A stretch of 39,592 bases of DNA from an uncultured Clostridia bacterium (GTDB lineage Bacteria; Bacillota; Clostridia; Saccharofermentanales; DTU023), in contig CAMYEY010000002.1 in the NCBI GenBank assembly GCA_947254895.1, positions 1 through 39,592 of the forward strand, read 5' to 3'. The notes below the pieces were generated by a model. That model ran no database searches and had not been told where the DNA came from. It saw only the letters and a program-made list of their open reading frames with translations. A program made the translations under genes and the position numbers. Shown piece by piece: positions 27,337 to 36,283 of this stretch. Numbering within the stretch: the first letter of the stretch is position 1; each line of letters begins with the position of its first letter.

Positions 27337-28038
27337 ATGGCAAAAATGCGAGTCAATCCGAATAGAATGGAACTGATGCGTTTAAGGGGGCAGTTAAATG
27401 TCGCCAAAAGGGGTCACAAGCTCCTTAAGGATAAGCGTGACGAGTTGATGCGGCAATTCTTAGCTATAGTCAAACGCAATCAGGTTCTTCGTCAAGAGGT
27501 TGAAGATCTCCTAAAGGTATATAACCAGGAGATGGTTTTGGCCCGAGCTGTTATGGCCGAAGAAGTGATTGAGACTGCCCTTTATTCCGGACAAAATAAT
27601 TTTACGATAAACCTATCTGAATCCAACATGATGTCGGTAAGAATCCCGAGTTATCAGATATATGAAGATGATGCGGATGAGCAAAAGATGCAAGCCAAAG
27701 AGAAAACAACCTTGCCATATGGATTGTCATCTGTATCGGGCGAACTTGATCAGGCCATCCTTGCCTTGAAAAAGGCAATTCCGGCTATGATCGAGCTTGC
27801 TTCTATCGAGAAAACAACCCAGCTTCTAGCCGGTGAGATTGCCAAAACCCGACGTCGGGTCAACTCTCTGGAGCATAGGATGATTCCGGATTTGGAAGAG
27901 ACCATCTATTCCATCACAATGAAGATGGAAGAGAATGAAAGAGCTAATACAACCCGGTTGATGAAGGTCAAGGACCTCATTCTAGAAAAAGAGATCTTGG
28001 ATCGAAGGCGGAGAAACGAAAAACTAAGTCTCGAGTAA
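27337..28038 (+). CDS. ntpD: V-type ATPase subunit D (central stalk)
   Basis: PNRMELMRLRGQLNVAKRGHKLLKDKRDEL is the subunit D signature. Confidence 0.9.
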   Translation: MAKMRVNPNRMELMRLRGQLNVAKRGHKLLKDKRDELMRQFLAIVKRNQVLRQEVEDLLKVYNQEMVLARAVMAEEVIETALYSGQNNFTINLSESNMMSVRIPSYQIYEDDADEQKMQAKEKTTLPYGLSSVSGELDQAILALKKAIPAMIELASIEKTTQLLAGEIAKTRRRVNSLEHRMIPDLEETIYSITMKMEENERANTTRLMKVKDLILEKEILDRRRRNEKLSLE

Positions 28039-28083
28039 AAGATATAGCTACAAAGAAGATTAAAAACTGAAAGGTTAAACTCG

Positions 28084-29166
28084 ATGATCAAGAGAAATTA
28101 TCTAGGAAGTCTGCCTTGTGTTACGATAGACAGGCAAAAATTGCAACATAACATTCAAACTATCAGCCAAATCCTAGCTGATAGGCAAGTGTTGGCCCAT
28201 TTTTCTACAACCGGTATAGCGGCATATGAGCCCATGATTGAGCTCATGGCCAGGTCAGGAGTCCATAATTTTGCGGATTCCAGCTTGGATAACCTGGCGG
28301 TTGCCAGACCTTATGCTGATAGTCTCTTGCTTGATCGTTTACCTATGATTTCTGAAGTTAGCCGCCTCGTACAGGAAGTAGATATGTCAGTCAATTCTGA
28401 ATTAGAGACGATCTTTGCTATATCAGATGCAGCTGTTGTTGAAGGCAAAAGACATGGTGTTATCCTATTACTTGAGCTGGGTGACCTCTCTGATGGTGTT
28501 CTTGCTGATGATCTTTTTGATACTGTTCACCAAATACTGAACTTGCGTGGTGTTGAGCTCAAAGGTATTCGTTGTCACTTGAACTCTTTTTCCGGCACCC
28601 TGGCTACACTTGATAACCTGAGTCGCTTTGCCCAATTAGTAACAGGTCTTGAAGAGCGTTTTGAGATTCAACTTGATTACGTTTCGGCTGGTGGCTCAGC
28701 GACAATACCTTTGCTGGATGACGAGGAATTTCCCGTCAAAATAAACCATGTGGTTATAGGACAGGCCTGGCTATTTGGTCGTGAATCTGCTAGCCAGCAC
28801 CGAATTGGCAACCTCCATCAGGATGTCTTTAGTCTTCTAGCTGAGGTAGTAGAGAATAAACGTAAAGACTCTTATCCTAGTGGAAATTTAGGTTTCAATT
28901 ATGCCGGTGAAACATTGACTTTCGACGATGTTGGTGTGATCAGGCGGGTTATCTTGGCTCTAGGCGCCCAAGATGTAAACCTTGCCAATTTACCAACTAA
29001 GGAAAAAGGTATTGACTACATAGGGTCTAACTTAGATTATGCTATTTATAATATTTCCAAATATAACCGTAAGCTTGAGATAGGTGATGCTGTTGAGTTT
29101 ACTCCTGACTATGTAGCCCTAAACCGACTCTTTAATTCTCCCAGGATCAATAAGGTGATAGACTGA
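28084..29166 (+). CDS. Alanine/ornithine racemase-family (fold-type III PLP, YhfX/Orr-like) protein, apparently lacking the PLP lysine
   Basis: Collinear with the racemase N-domain family. The position normally reading V/M-T-K reads S-T-T (HFSTTGIAAYEP). Confidence 0.65.
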   Translation: MIKRNYLGSLPCVTIDRQKLQHNIQTISQILADRQVLAHFSTTGIAAYEPMIELMARSGVHNFADSSLDNLAVARPYADSLLLDRLPMISEVSRLVQEVDMSVNSELETIFAISDAAVVEGKRHGVILLLELGDLSDGVLADDLFDTVHQILNLRGVELKGIRCHLNSFSGTLATLDNLSRFAQLVTGLEERFEIQLDYVSAGGSATIPLLDDEEFPVKINHVVIGQAWLFGRESASQHRIGNLHQDVFSLLAEVVENKRKDSYPSGNLGFNYAGETLTFDDVGVIRRVILALGAQDVNLANLPTKEKGIDYIGSNLDYAIYNISKYNRKLEIGDAVEFTPDYVALNRLFNSPRINKVID

Positions 29167-30362
29167 TGGACTCAGAACAAACCTACCTGATTAAGGCTAG
29201 GTCTTGGCTTGAACTTTCTCGGTCTGCCTTGGAACACAACATTGATGCGATCAGTGCAAGGATTCCTACTGGGGTAAAAAAGATTGCTGTTGTTAAGGCC
29301 AATGCCTATGGGCACGGTGCTTCTTGGCTTGCTCCAATTGCTTTAGAGAAAGGATTTGATGCTTTTGCCGTCGCTACGCTGGAAGAAGCTATTGACCTGA
29401 GAAAGGCTAAGATAAAAGTCCCAATCCTCATCCTCAGCCCCTACCATCAAGATTTCGCCAGATATTTGATTGACTATGATTTGTCACAAACAGTTTCATC
29501 TTCATGGGAAGTGGTAAGGCTCGCGGATGACCTGGCAACATTGTTAGTTAAGTTTCCTCAATATAAAAATAGGCGGGTTAAAATTCACGTTAAACTTGAT
29601 ACCGGTATGAACAGAATAGGTTTTTCGGCGAGAAAATCTGACCAGGCAAAGACGATCCAAAGAATCTTAGAAATATCGCAACAGCCTGCGATAGAGATTC
29701 GGGGAATCTTCAGCCATTTTGCAGTTGCTGATGAGACAGATGATAAATCTGATGAGTTTACCAGATTGCAGTACCAGCGCTTCAGCGAAGTCGTTGCAGG
29801 GTGCAAGCGAGAGGGTCTGGAGTTTCCGGTCAAACACTGTGCCAACAGTGCGGCTGCAGTTCGATTTCCGGAATATTGTTTGGATGCAGTGAGAATAGGG
29901 ATCAGCCTTTATGGTTGCTGCCCTAATCTTGACTTGAAGCAGGAACTTGGTCTTGAACCGGTCATGAGCCTCTTCACTAGAGTTTCTTCTATCCATGCAG
30001 CAGAGCCACAAAGTCCTGTTGGTTATGGATTGACTTATCAGACCTCCCCGGGTCTTATGACCAAAATAGCCACTGTTGAATTAGGCTATGCTGATGGACT
30101 GGATCGCCATCTTTCTAATCAAGCAGGTATGATGATTCAAGGCAAACTAGTTCCGATCATCGGTAGAATTTGTATGGACAGAACGATGCTGGATGTGTCA
30201 GCTATTGAAAACCTAAAAGTGGGAGACCCTGTTTTAGTTTTTGGTAGAGATGAATATGGCAACTACAATGATTTAGATTTATTAGCTGCCAAGGCAGATA
30301 CCATTTCGTATACCATTCTTTGCGGTATGTCTCACCGTCTCAAAAGACTCTACCTAGGCTAG
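29166..30362 (+). CDS. alr: Alanine racemase
   Basis: Canonical PLP site AVVKANAYGHG. The start overlaps the upstream stop (TGATG). Confidence 0.9.
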   Translation: MDSEQTYLIKARSWLELSRSALEHNIDAISARIPTGVKKIAVVKANAYGHGASWLAPIALEKGFDAFAVATLEEAIDLRKAKIKVPILILSPYHQDFARYLIDYDLSQTVSSSWEVVRLADDLATLLVKFPQYKNRRVKIHVKLDTGMNRIGFSARKSDQAKTIQRILEISQQPAIEIRGIFSHFAVADETDDKSDEFTRLQYQRFSEVVAGCKREGLEFPVKHCANSAAAVRFPEYCLDAVRIGISLYGCCPNLDLKQELGLEPVMSLFTRVSSIHAAEPQSPVGYGLTYQTSPGLMTKIATVELGYADGLDRHLSNQAGMMIQGKLVPIIGRICMDRTMLDVSAIENLKVGDPVLVFGRDEYGNYNDLDLLAAKADTISYTILCGMSHRLKRLYLG

Positions 30363-30394
30363 TGACTAAGATACATAGAAAGTAAGGAGCACTT

Positions 30395-30718
30395 ATGGCC
30401 GAAAGAAATATTTTAGAACACCTCTATAGTATAGCAGAGGACCGGAGGGCCCACCCTGTGGTTGCCTCCTATACCAATTATTTGCAGGATAGGGGAGAGG
30501 ACTATATTGCCCGCAAGCTAGGGGAGGAGTGTTTAGAACTGATACTGGCCCTCAAAGACCGGGACAAGGGGGAGATTGTCCATGAAGCGGCTGATGTTCT
30601 TTACCACCTTACTGTTGCCCTAGAGAACTGTGGTATTCGCTGGAGTGAAGTATCGGAAGAATTAAAAATTCGCCGAAAAAACGATGCTGAGCAAGAGGAG
30701 GACCGGCCCAGGCCTTGA
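30395..30718 (+). CDS. hisE: Phosphoribosyl-ATP pyrophosphohydrolase (HisE / MazG-like)
   Basis: SYTNYL...KLGEECLELILA...EAADVLYHLTVAL matches the HisE family. Confidence 0.8.
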   Translation: MAERNILEHLYSIAEDRRAHPVVASYTNYLQDRGEDYIARKLGEECLELILALKDRDKGEIVHEAADVLYHLTVALENCGIRWSEVSEELKIRRKNDAEQEEDRPRP

Positions 30719-30759
30719 ACAGATAGTTTTTCGGAGCCTTACCTGGCAAGAAAACAAAG

Positions 30760-30790
30760 ACGGTAACAAATTTTAGATTACCGTTTTATT
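30760..30790 (+). terminator. Probable intrinsic terminator after hisE
   Basis: ACGGTAA (30760-30766) pairs with TTACCGT (30778-30784), followed by TTTATT. The 11-nt loop is rather large. Confidence 0.45.
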
Positions 30791-30940
30791 ATAATTGCCA
30801 AGGGCAAAACCCAGCAGGGCAAAAGACAAGAGCGCAACACGCTTAAAAATGAATCAAAAAATTAGCCCCATCTAACCAGTCAAAACTCTCAAAAGGCCTA
30901 CCTAGAGCCAGTTAGCTCGATCTAATCTTTTTCTAAAAGC

Positions 30941-30969
30941 TTGTTTATCGGGGGACCATTTGCTAAAAT
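30941..30969 (+). promoter_or_regulatory. Promoter for the ferredoxin gene: TTGTTT, 17-nt spacer, TAAAAT with a TG extension
   Basis: -35 at 30941-30946, TGc at 30961-30963, -10 at 30964-30969, about 35 nt upstream of the ATG. Confidence 0.45.
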
Positions 30970-31004
30970 AGCATTGTGTTAAAGTAAGGTAAGGAGGTAA
31001 CGAT

Positions 31005-31175
31005 ATGGCTCATGTAATTTCAGATGCTTGCATTATGTGTGGAGCATGTACAAGTGAGTGCCCGGTATCCTGTATTTCAGAGGGTGACTCCCAGTATGTG
31101 ATTGATCCTGATATGTGCATTGACTGTGGTGCTTGTGCTGCGGTTTGCCCAGTTGGAGCAATTGAAGCAGAATAA
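31005..31175 (+). CDS. fdx: Clostridial-type 2x[4Fe-4S] ferredoxin, 56 aa (absent from the supplied ORF track)
   Basis: My translation is MAHVISDACIMCGACTSECPVSCISEGDSQYVIDPDMCIDCGACAAVCPVGAIEAE. It contains two CxxCxxCxxxCP motifs. AAGGAGG lies 7 nt upstream. Confidence 0.85.
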   Translation: MAHVISDACIMCGACTSECPVSCISEGDSQYVIDPDMCIDCGACAAVCPVGAIEAE

Positions 31176-31204
31176 TAATTTGTTACAAATATTAAACATT
31201 AAAA

Positions 31205-31229
31205 AGAGGATCACTGGATCCTCTTTTTT
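31205..31229. terminator. Bidirectional intrinsic terminator shared by the convergent fdx and MBL genes
   Basis: AGAGGATC-ACTG-GATCCTCT hairpin flanked by an A-run on the 5' side and a T-run on the 3' side. Confidence 0.8.
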
Positions 31230-31240
31230 GTCTTCTGTTC

Positions 31241-32575
31241 TTACGGATTACAGATTTTACATGGTTGGTAGCCTTGGTTGATTATATTATCCCTAGTATC
31301 TATGGTATCTAACCTGTTTTTAGCTTTCATTTTAGCAACAGCACTGCAATCGGATTTATGGAATTTTTTACTCCTCACATTTAGGACAAAGCTACTTGTT
31401 TCCGGATTGACTTTCTCGGTGATTTCCTCAGTTGGGTCAGCGATGAGGGTAGTCTCCTCTGGATTAGATATTTCCTTTGTGACAGTTCCTACAAGGCCAC
31501 TCTGTCCTCTGGAGGTTTTACTAGTCCCTATATCAACTTCATTTATAGGTTTTTCAGGATAATGTGTTTCTGATATTTCTGATTTGTTTTTCGTTAACGG
31601 AGTGATTGTTTTTCCGTCACTCCTAAATAAGATTGTACCCAGCTCATCTGTCCGGAAAATCTCAGCTTTTATCATCTTTATCCTTGATAGGGTCTCCTGG
31701 CTGGGAAATCCATATGTGTTGTTTGTTCCACAAGAGATGACCACAAACTGAGGGGAGATGTGCTCTAACCAACTTTTAGAATTACTGTCTTTACTCCCGT
31801 GATGATTGGCTAACATGAGGTCCGCTTTGAGGTCCTGATAGACCAGGTCTTGCTCTACGTCTAAGCTTGTATCACCACCGATGAGTATGGAAGTATTAGA
31901 AAAATTGATTTTGGATATGATAGAGTCGTCATTATTATCCTCGTTATGATATTTTAAGGGACCAACGATATTCAGTACCATACTGCCTGCTACAAAACGG
32001 TCACCAATAACCGGGGTCAGTGCTGGAATGTTTTTCTCTTTGATTGTCTGGATAAAGGAGTGACATGTCCTGGTATCTTTTGGGTTTGGTCCATACAAAA
32101 TCTGTTCAACAGGGAACACATTCATTACCCCTATTAAACCGGCAATATGATCATCATCAAAGTGGGTTGCAATCATTAGGTCAATTGTTTCAACTCCTAG
32201 CTCTTTGAGGTAGGAGACTACAAAGCTGGACCTATCTTGTCCACCTCCATCAATTAAAATCTCATAATCTCCCTGTTTGAGGAGGGTTGCTTGCCCTTGG
32301 CCAACATCTAAAAAATGGATCGTTAAATCACCAACTTGATCGATTGGCAGTGGTAACTGTATCGGTAAGGGAGCGGGAACTGTTTGTGATGGTTCAACAG
32401 TGCTTGAATGGGCTGTTTTATAATCTGTCTTGTTGATGGTATAGGAGACAGTTTCTCTTTCCATTTTCCTTTCCGGGCTACCAGAGCAGCTGACAAGGAA
32501 ACTTAAAGATATGGCTAGGAAACAGATGAAGGTTATAAGTTGTGTGGAGTTTTTGGTCAAAAATTTACGGCCCAT
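31241..32575 (-). CDS. ComEC-related MBL-fold metallo-hydrolase lipoprotein with a C-terminal Cys/His motif
   Basis: Lipobox LVSC. LTIHFLDVGQGQATLL and HFDDDH (HxHxDH-type) motifs. The C-terminal FHKSDC...CKIC is a putative zinc-binding tail seen on secreted nucleases. Confidence 0.8.
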   Translation of the reverse strand: MGRKFLTKNSTQLITFICFLAISLSFLVSCSGSPERKMERETVSYTINKTDYKTAHSSTVEPSQTVPAPLPIQLPLPIDQVGDLTIHFLDVGQGQATLLKQGDYEILIDGGGQDRSSFVVSYLKELGVETIDLMIATHFDDDHIAGLIGVMNVFPVEQILYGPNPKDTRTCHSFIQTIKEKNIPALTPVIGDRFVAGSMVLNIVGPLKYHNEDNNDDSIISKINFSNTSILIGGDTSLDVEQDLVYQDLKADLMLANHHGSKDSNSKSWLEHISPQFVVISCGTNNTYGFPSQETLSRIKMIKAEIFRTDELGTILFRSDGKTITPLTKNKSEISETHYPEKPINEVDIGTSKTSRGQSGLVGTVTKEISNPEETTLIADPTEEITEKVNPETSSFVLNVRSKKFHKSDCSAVAKMKAKNRLDTIDTRDNIINQGYQPCKICNP

Positions 32576-32645
32576 GGTGTTCTTTCCTTTAAAACGATGT
32601 TGTTACATAGAGATTCTAGCATATAAGCGAAAGCTTTAGGGAATC

Positions 32646-33578
32646 ATGCTTGCCCTGGACGGCTGGACTTTGCATAATGGTTGCATGATAGATCAAAACA
32701 GAGGAAAACTTTATCTGGTTCCGGTTCCGATAGGTAACCCTAGGGACATTAGCCTGCGGGCCCTAGATGTTTTAGGGTCGGTCAAAACGATTCTTGCAGA
32801 GGATACTAGGGAGACAGTTAAGCTTTTGTCTAAATATCAGGTCAGGACCCCTTTGATCAGTTACCACCAGCATAATGAAAAGAGCAGGCTTGCTCAAATC
32901 AAGGCCATGTTAGACCAGGGTCAAGATCTGGCATTGGTTTCTGATGCCGGTATGCCTTGTATTTCCGATCCGGGAGAAGTCTTAGTTGCGGACTTAGTTC
33001 GGGCAGGGGACTATCAAATTGTTGCTTTGCCGGGTGCTACTGCAGGTTTGACCTGCTTAGTTGCTTCCGGTCTCAGGACTGCTCATTATAGCTTTGTCGG
33101 ATTTTTAGAAAGTAAAGGAAGTCTGCGCAGGGAGCAGCTAAATGAATGCGTTTCCCTCCAGCATACCTTTATCCTCTACGAAGCTCCTCATAGGCTGGTG
33201 AAAACTCTTAAAGATTTAGTTGATCTTGGTATGGGTCAGAGGTTGGTTTGCTTGGGGCGCGAGCTAACGAAGACTTATGAAAGCTATTTTAGGGGAAGCT
33301 TGTCCGAGGCCCTCCTTCATTATACGGAACAAGAAGAGCCTAGGGGAGAGTTTGTTCTGGTGATTGAAGGACAAGCCGACTTTTTGGCTAGAAATCCTGA
33401 GGAAAGTCGCAAACAACTTGTAGTGGGTCTGGAGACGATAGAGGCTGACTTGACTGAACTTTTGCGGGGAGGGATGAAGCTCAAACCTGCTGCTGCCTAT
33501 TTAGCCGATAAAAGAGGCTTAAGTAAAAAACAAATTTATCAGATTGGTCTGGAAATCCTGGAAAAAGATCAAGGTTAA
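32646..33578 (+). CDS. rsmI: 16S rRNA (cytidine1402-2'-O)-methyltransferase RsmI
   Basis: GKLYLVPVPIGNPRDISLRALDVL and ILAEDTR tetrapyrrole-methylase-fold motifs. The real start may be the internal ATG at 32685. Confidence 0.85.
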   Translation: MLALDGWTLHNGCMIDQNRGKLYLVPVPIGNPRDISLRALDVLGSVKTILAEDTRETVKLLSKYQVRTPLISYHQHNEKSRLAQIKAMLDQGQDLALVSDAGMPCISDPGEVLVADLVRAGDYQIVALPGATAGLTCLVASGLRTAHYSFVGFLESKGSLRREQLNECVSLQHTFILYEAPHRLVKTLKDLVDLGMGQRLVCLGRELTKTYESYFRGSLSEALLHYTEQEEPRGEFVLVIEGQADFLARNPEESRKQLVVGLETIEADLTELLRGGMKLKPAAAYLADKRGLSKKQIYQIGLEILEKDQG

Positions 33579-33667
33579 AAATCCCATAAAAGTGTGCTAA
33601 CATAGTAGCTAAGTTTTCTAACAAAGCTAATTTTGTCCTGTTTATTAGATCGAGAAGGGGAGAGAAA

Positions 33668-34867
33668 ATGTCCAGACTTTTATTGATTGGAGCGGGCGGT
33701 GTCGCCAGAGTAGCAGCCCATAAATGTGTTCAACATTCGGATGTCTTTCAAGAAATTTGTATTGCCAGTCGGCGAGAGGAATCTTGCCTCAAACTTAAAA
33801 GGGAGTTAGATGGCAAGGGCAGCCAGATTACCACAGCTGAGGTCGACGCAGAAAACAGCGAGCAATTGATCCAGTTGATCGAACAATATAAGCCGGACCT
33901 GGTTTTGCACCTCGCTTTACCTTATCAAAATCTAGCTATCATGGATGCTTGTCTGGCCACAGGTACAGACTATATCGATACAGCAAACTATGAGCCCCGT
34001 GACACTGCCAAGTTTGAGTATAAATGGCAGTGGGATTATCACGAGCGCTTTAAGAAAGCCGGCATCACAGCAGTTTTAGGTTCCGGTTTTGATCCCGGTG
34101 TAACCAGCGTTTTCTCAGCCTACGCGGCTAAACATCAGTTTGACGAAATCCACCAGATTGATATTTTAGACTGCAATGGTGGTGATCATGGTTACCCCTT
34201 TGCAACCAATTTTAATCCGGAAATCAATATTCGAGAGGTTTCGGCTAAGGGACGCTATTGGGAAAAGGGTCAATTTATTGAAACAGACCCTCTGGCTGTT
34301 AAAAGAACTTATAACTTTGAAGAGGTCGGGGAAAAGGATATGTATCTCATGTATCATGAGGAGTTGGAGTCCCTGGCTAAGTTTATACCAGGGATACAGA
34401 GGATTCGCTTTTTTATGACCTTTGGCCAGAGTTACCTAACCCACTTGAAATGTCTGGAGAATGTCGGTATGACTTCGATCGAGCCAATAGATTTTGCTGG
34501 ACAAAAAATTATCCCCCTCCAGTTTTTGAAGGCAGTTCTGCCAGACCCGGCTAGCTTGGGACCAAGGACTGTTGGTAAGACTAATATCGGTTGTATTTTC
34601 CAAGGGACCAAGGATGGTCAAAATAAGGTTTACCGCCTTTATAATATTTGTGATCACCAGGCAGCCTATAACGAAACGGGAGCTCAGGCGGTTTCGTATA
34701 CGACAGGTGTCCCGGCTATGATTGGAGCTAAGCTTATCCTTGAAGGTAAGTGGAAGCAAGCCGGAGTTAATAATATTGAACAGCTTGATCCTGATCCCTT
34801 TATGGAGGAGTTAAATAAAAATGGCCTCCCCTGGATTGAAGACCTCAACCCTATCTTGGTTCCCTAG
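33668..34867 (+). CDS. Carboxynorspermidine/carboxyspermidine dehydrogenase (saccharopine dehydrogenase family)
   Basis: N-terminal Rossmann motif LLIGAGGVA. The length and the adjacent nspC are typical of the alternative polyamine pathway. Confidence 0.8.
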   Translation: MSRLLLIGAGGVARVAAHKCVQHSDVFQEICIASRREESCLKLKRELDGKGSQITTAEVDAENSEQLIQLIEQYKPDLVLHLALPYQNLAIMDACLATGTDYIDTANYEPRDTAKFEYKWQWDYHERFKKAGITAVLGSGFDPGVTSVFSAYAAKHQFDEIHQIDILDCNGGDHGYPFATNFNPEINIREVSAKGRYWEKGQFIETDPLAVKRTYNFEEVGEKDMYLMYHEELESLAKFIPGIQRIRFFMTFGQSYLTHLKCLENVGMTSIEPIDFAGQKIIPLQFLKAVLPDPASLGPRTVGKTNIGCIFQGTKDGQNKVYRLYNICDHQAAYNETGAQAVSYTTGVPAMIGAKLILEGKWKQAGVNNIEQLDPDPFMEELNKNGLPWIEDLNPILVP

Positions 34868-34930
34868 GGTTAGAAAAATTTATTTTAATCTTGCTATCCG
34901 TTAGGGAATTATTAATAGGGGGAGACCAGC

Positions 34931-36229
34931 TTGTTATCTGAAGCACAACTTAATCCCGCAGAGCTCTTGGGCCAGAAAACCAGGACGGCCAGGTTAAACG
35001 AGCAGTTTTGGAAGCTACCGACACCTGCCTTTGTTTTTGATGAGCTTCTTTTAGAGGATAACTTAAGGTATCTTAAACAGCTTCAGGCGGCATTAGGGAT
35101 CAAGATAATCTTTGCCCAAAAATCCTATTCTTTTTATGCTACCTACCCTTTAATTTCTCGCTATCTGCCGGGGACGACCTCGTCCGGACTTTATGAGGCT
35201 CGGTTAGCCAAGGAAGAATTTCCAGGAGAAATCCATGTTTTTTCTCCTGGTTATACAGAAAAAGAAATGACCGAACTGGTGGAGTTTGCTGACCACATCT
35301 ACTTTAATTCTTTTGACCAGTGGCAAAGATTTAAAGGACTTATTGAAAGGGCAGGGGGAAGGGGTCGTAAGATTAAAGTTGCCTTAAGGATTAATCCTGA
35401 ATTTTCCAGGACAGAGAGGGATATCTATAATCCGGCGGGACCTTACTCGCGTTTGGGTATAAGCCTGTCTGAGTTTAAAAAGGGGGTGGCCAGGTATGGT
35501 CTGAAGGGGGTGGATGGTCTCCACTTTCATGCTCTTTGTGAAGAAAATGCAGAGCCCCTTGCAGAAATTGTCGACCTTTTCAGAAAGAACTTTGCCCCCT
35601 ACCTCAAGCAGATGAGCTGGGTTAATTTTGGTGGAGGTCACCATTTGACCAGGTCTGATTACAGGGTGGATATCTTGGCTAAAACGATTCAAGACTACCG
35701 GACCCAATATCCGGATCAAGAGATATACCTTGAGCCGGGTGAAGCGATCTCTTTGGACACAGGTTTTATGGTAACTGAAGTTTTGGCTACAGGAAAAAAC
35801 CAGGTTAATTTTGCTATCCTTGATTCATCAGCTAGTTGCCATATGCCGGATATTTTGGAGGTACCTTACCGGCCAAGAGCTTTTTTGCTAGATGAAAACT
35901 ACCAGGAAAATGGCTACTATTTGGAGGCAGAAGGGGTTGATGACCGGGGCTTGGATAATTGCTTTGATGACCCTAAGCTTTTCCGTCTGGGTGGGGCCAG
36001 CTGTCTAGCTGGAGATATTATAGGAAACTACATTTTTCCTCGCCCTCTTAGGCTAGGGGATAGGCTGGCTTTTGCAGACATGGCCCTTTATGCCCATGTT
36101 AAAACAAATTCTTTTAACGGCATGCCTCTACCTGCTTTGGTTCGTTTTGACAGAAACAATCAAGTTATTATAGAGAGAGAATTTTCTTACCGGGACTTTA
36201 AAAGCAAGCTGGGAAAATTTGATGTCTAG
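34931..36229 (+). CDS. nspC: Carboxynorspermidine/carboxyspermidine decarboxylase
   Basis: Fold-type III PLP decarboxylase pattern (FAQKS..., GGGHH, EPGEA), paired with the dehydrogenase. TTG start. Confidence 0.8.
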   Translation: MLSEAQLNPAELLGQKTRTARLNEQFWKLPTPAFVFDELLLEDNLRYLKQLQAALGIKIIFAQKSYSFYATYPLISRYLPGTTSSGLYEARLAKEEFPGEIHVFSPGYTEKEMTELVEFADHIYFNSFDQWQRFKGLIERAGGRGRKIKVALRINPEFSRTERDIYNPAGPYSRLGISLSEFKKGVARYGLKGVDGLHFHALCEENAEPLAEIVDLFRKNFAPYLKQMSWVNFGGGHHLTRSDYRVDILAKTIQDYRTQYPDQEIYLEPGEAISLDTGFMVTEVLATGKNQVNFAILDSSASCHMPDILEVPYRPRAFLLDENYQENGYYLEAEGVDDRGLDNCFDDPKLFRLGGASCLAGDIIGNYIFPRPLRLGDRLAFADMALYAHVKTNSFNGMPLPALVRFDRNNQVIIEREFSYRDFKSKLGKFDV

Positions 36230-36283
36230 ATGACATCGACCAGTATCGGTTAATTTTGTGTAGGTGAATTAGATAAAATTGAT

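Noticed and set aside
30801-30824. A direct repeat of AGGGCAAAA (30801-30809 and 30816-30824) in the hisE-fdx spacer.
   Set aside because: It has only two 9-nt copies, no associated structure or ORF, and is too short to distinguish from chance.
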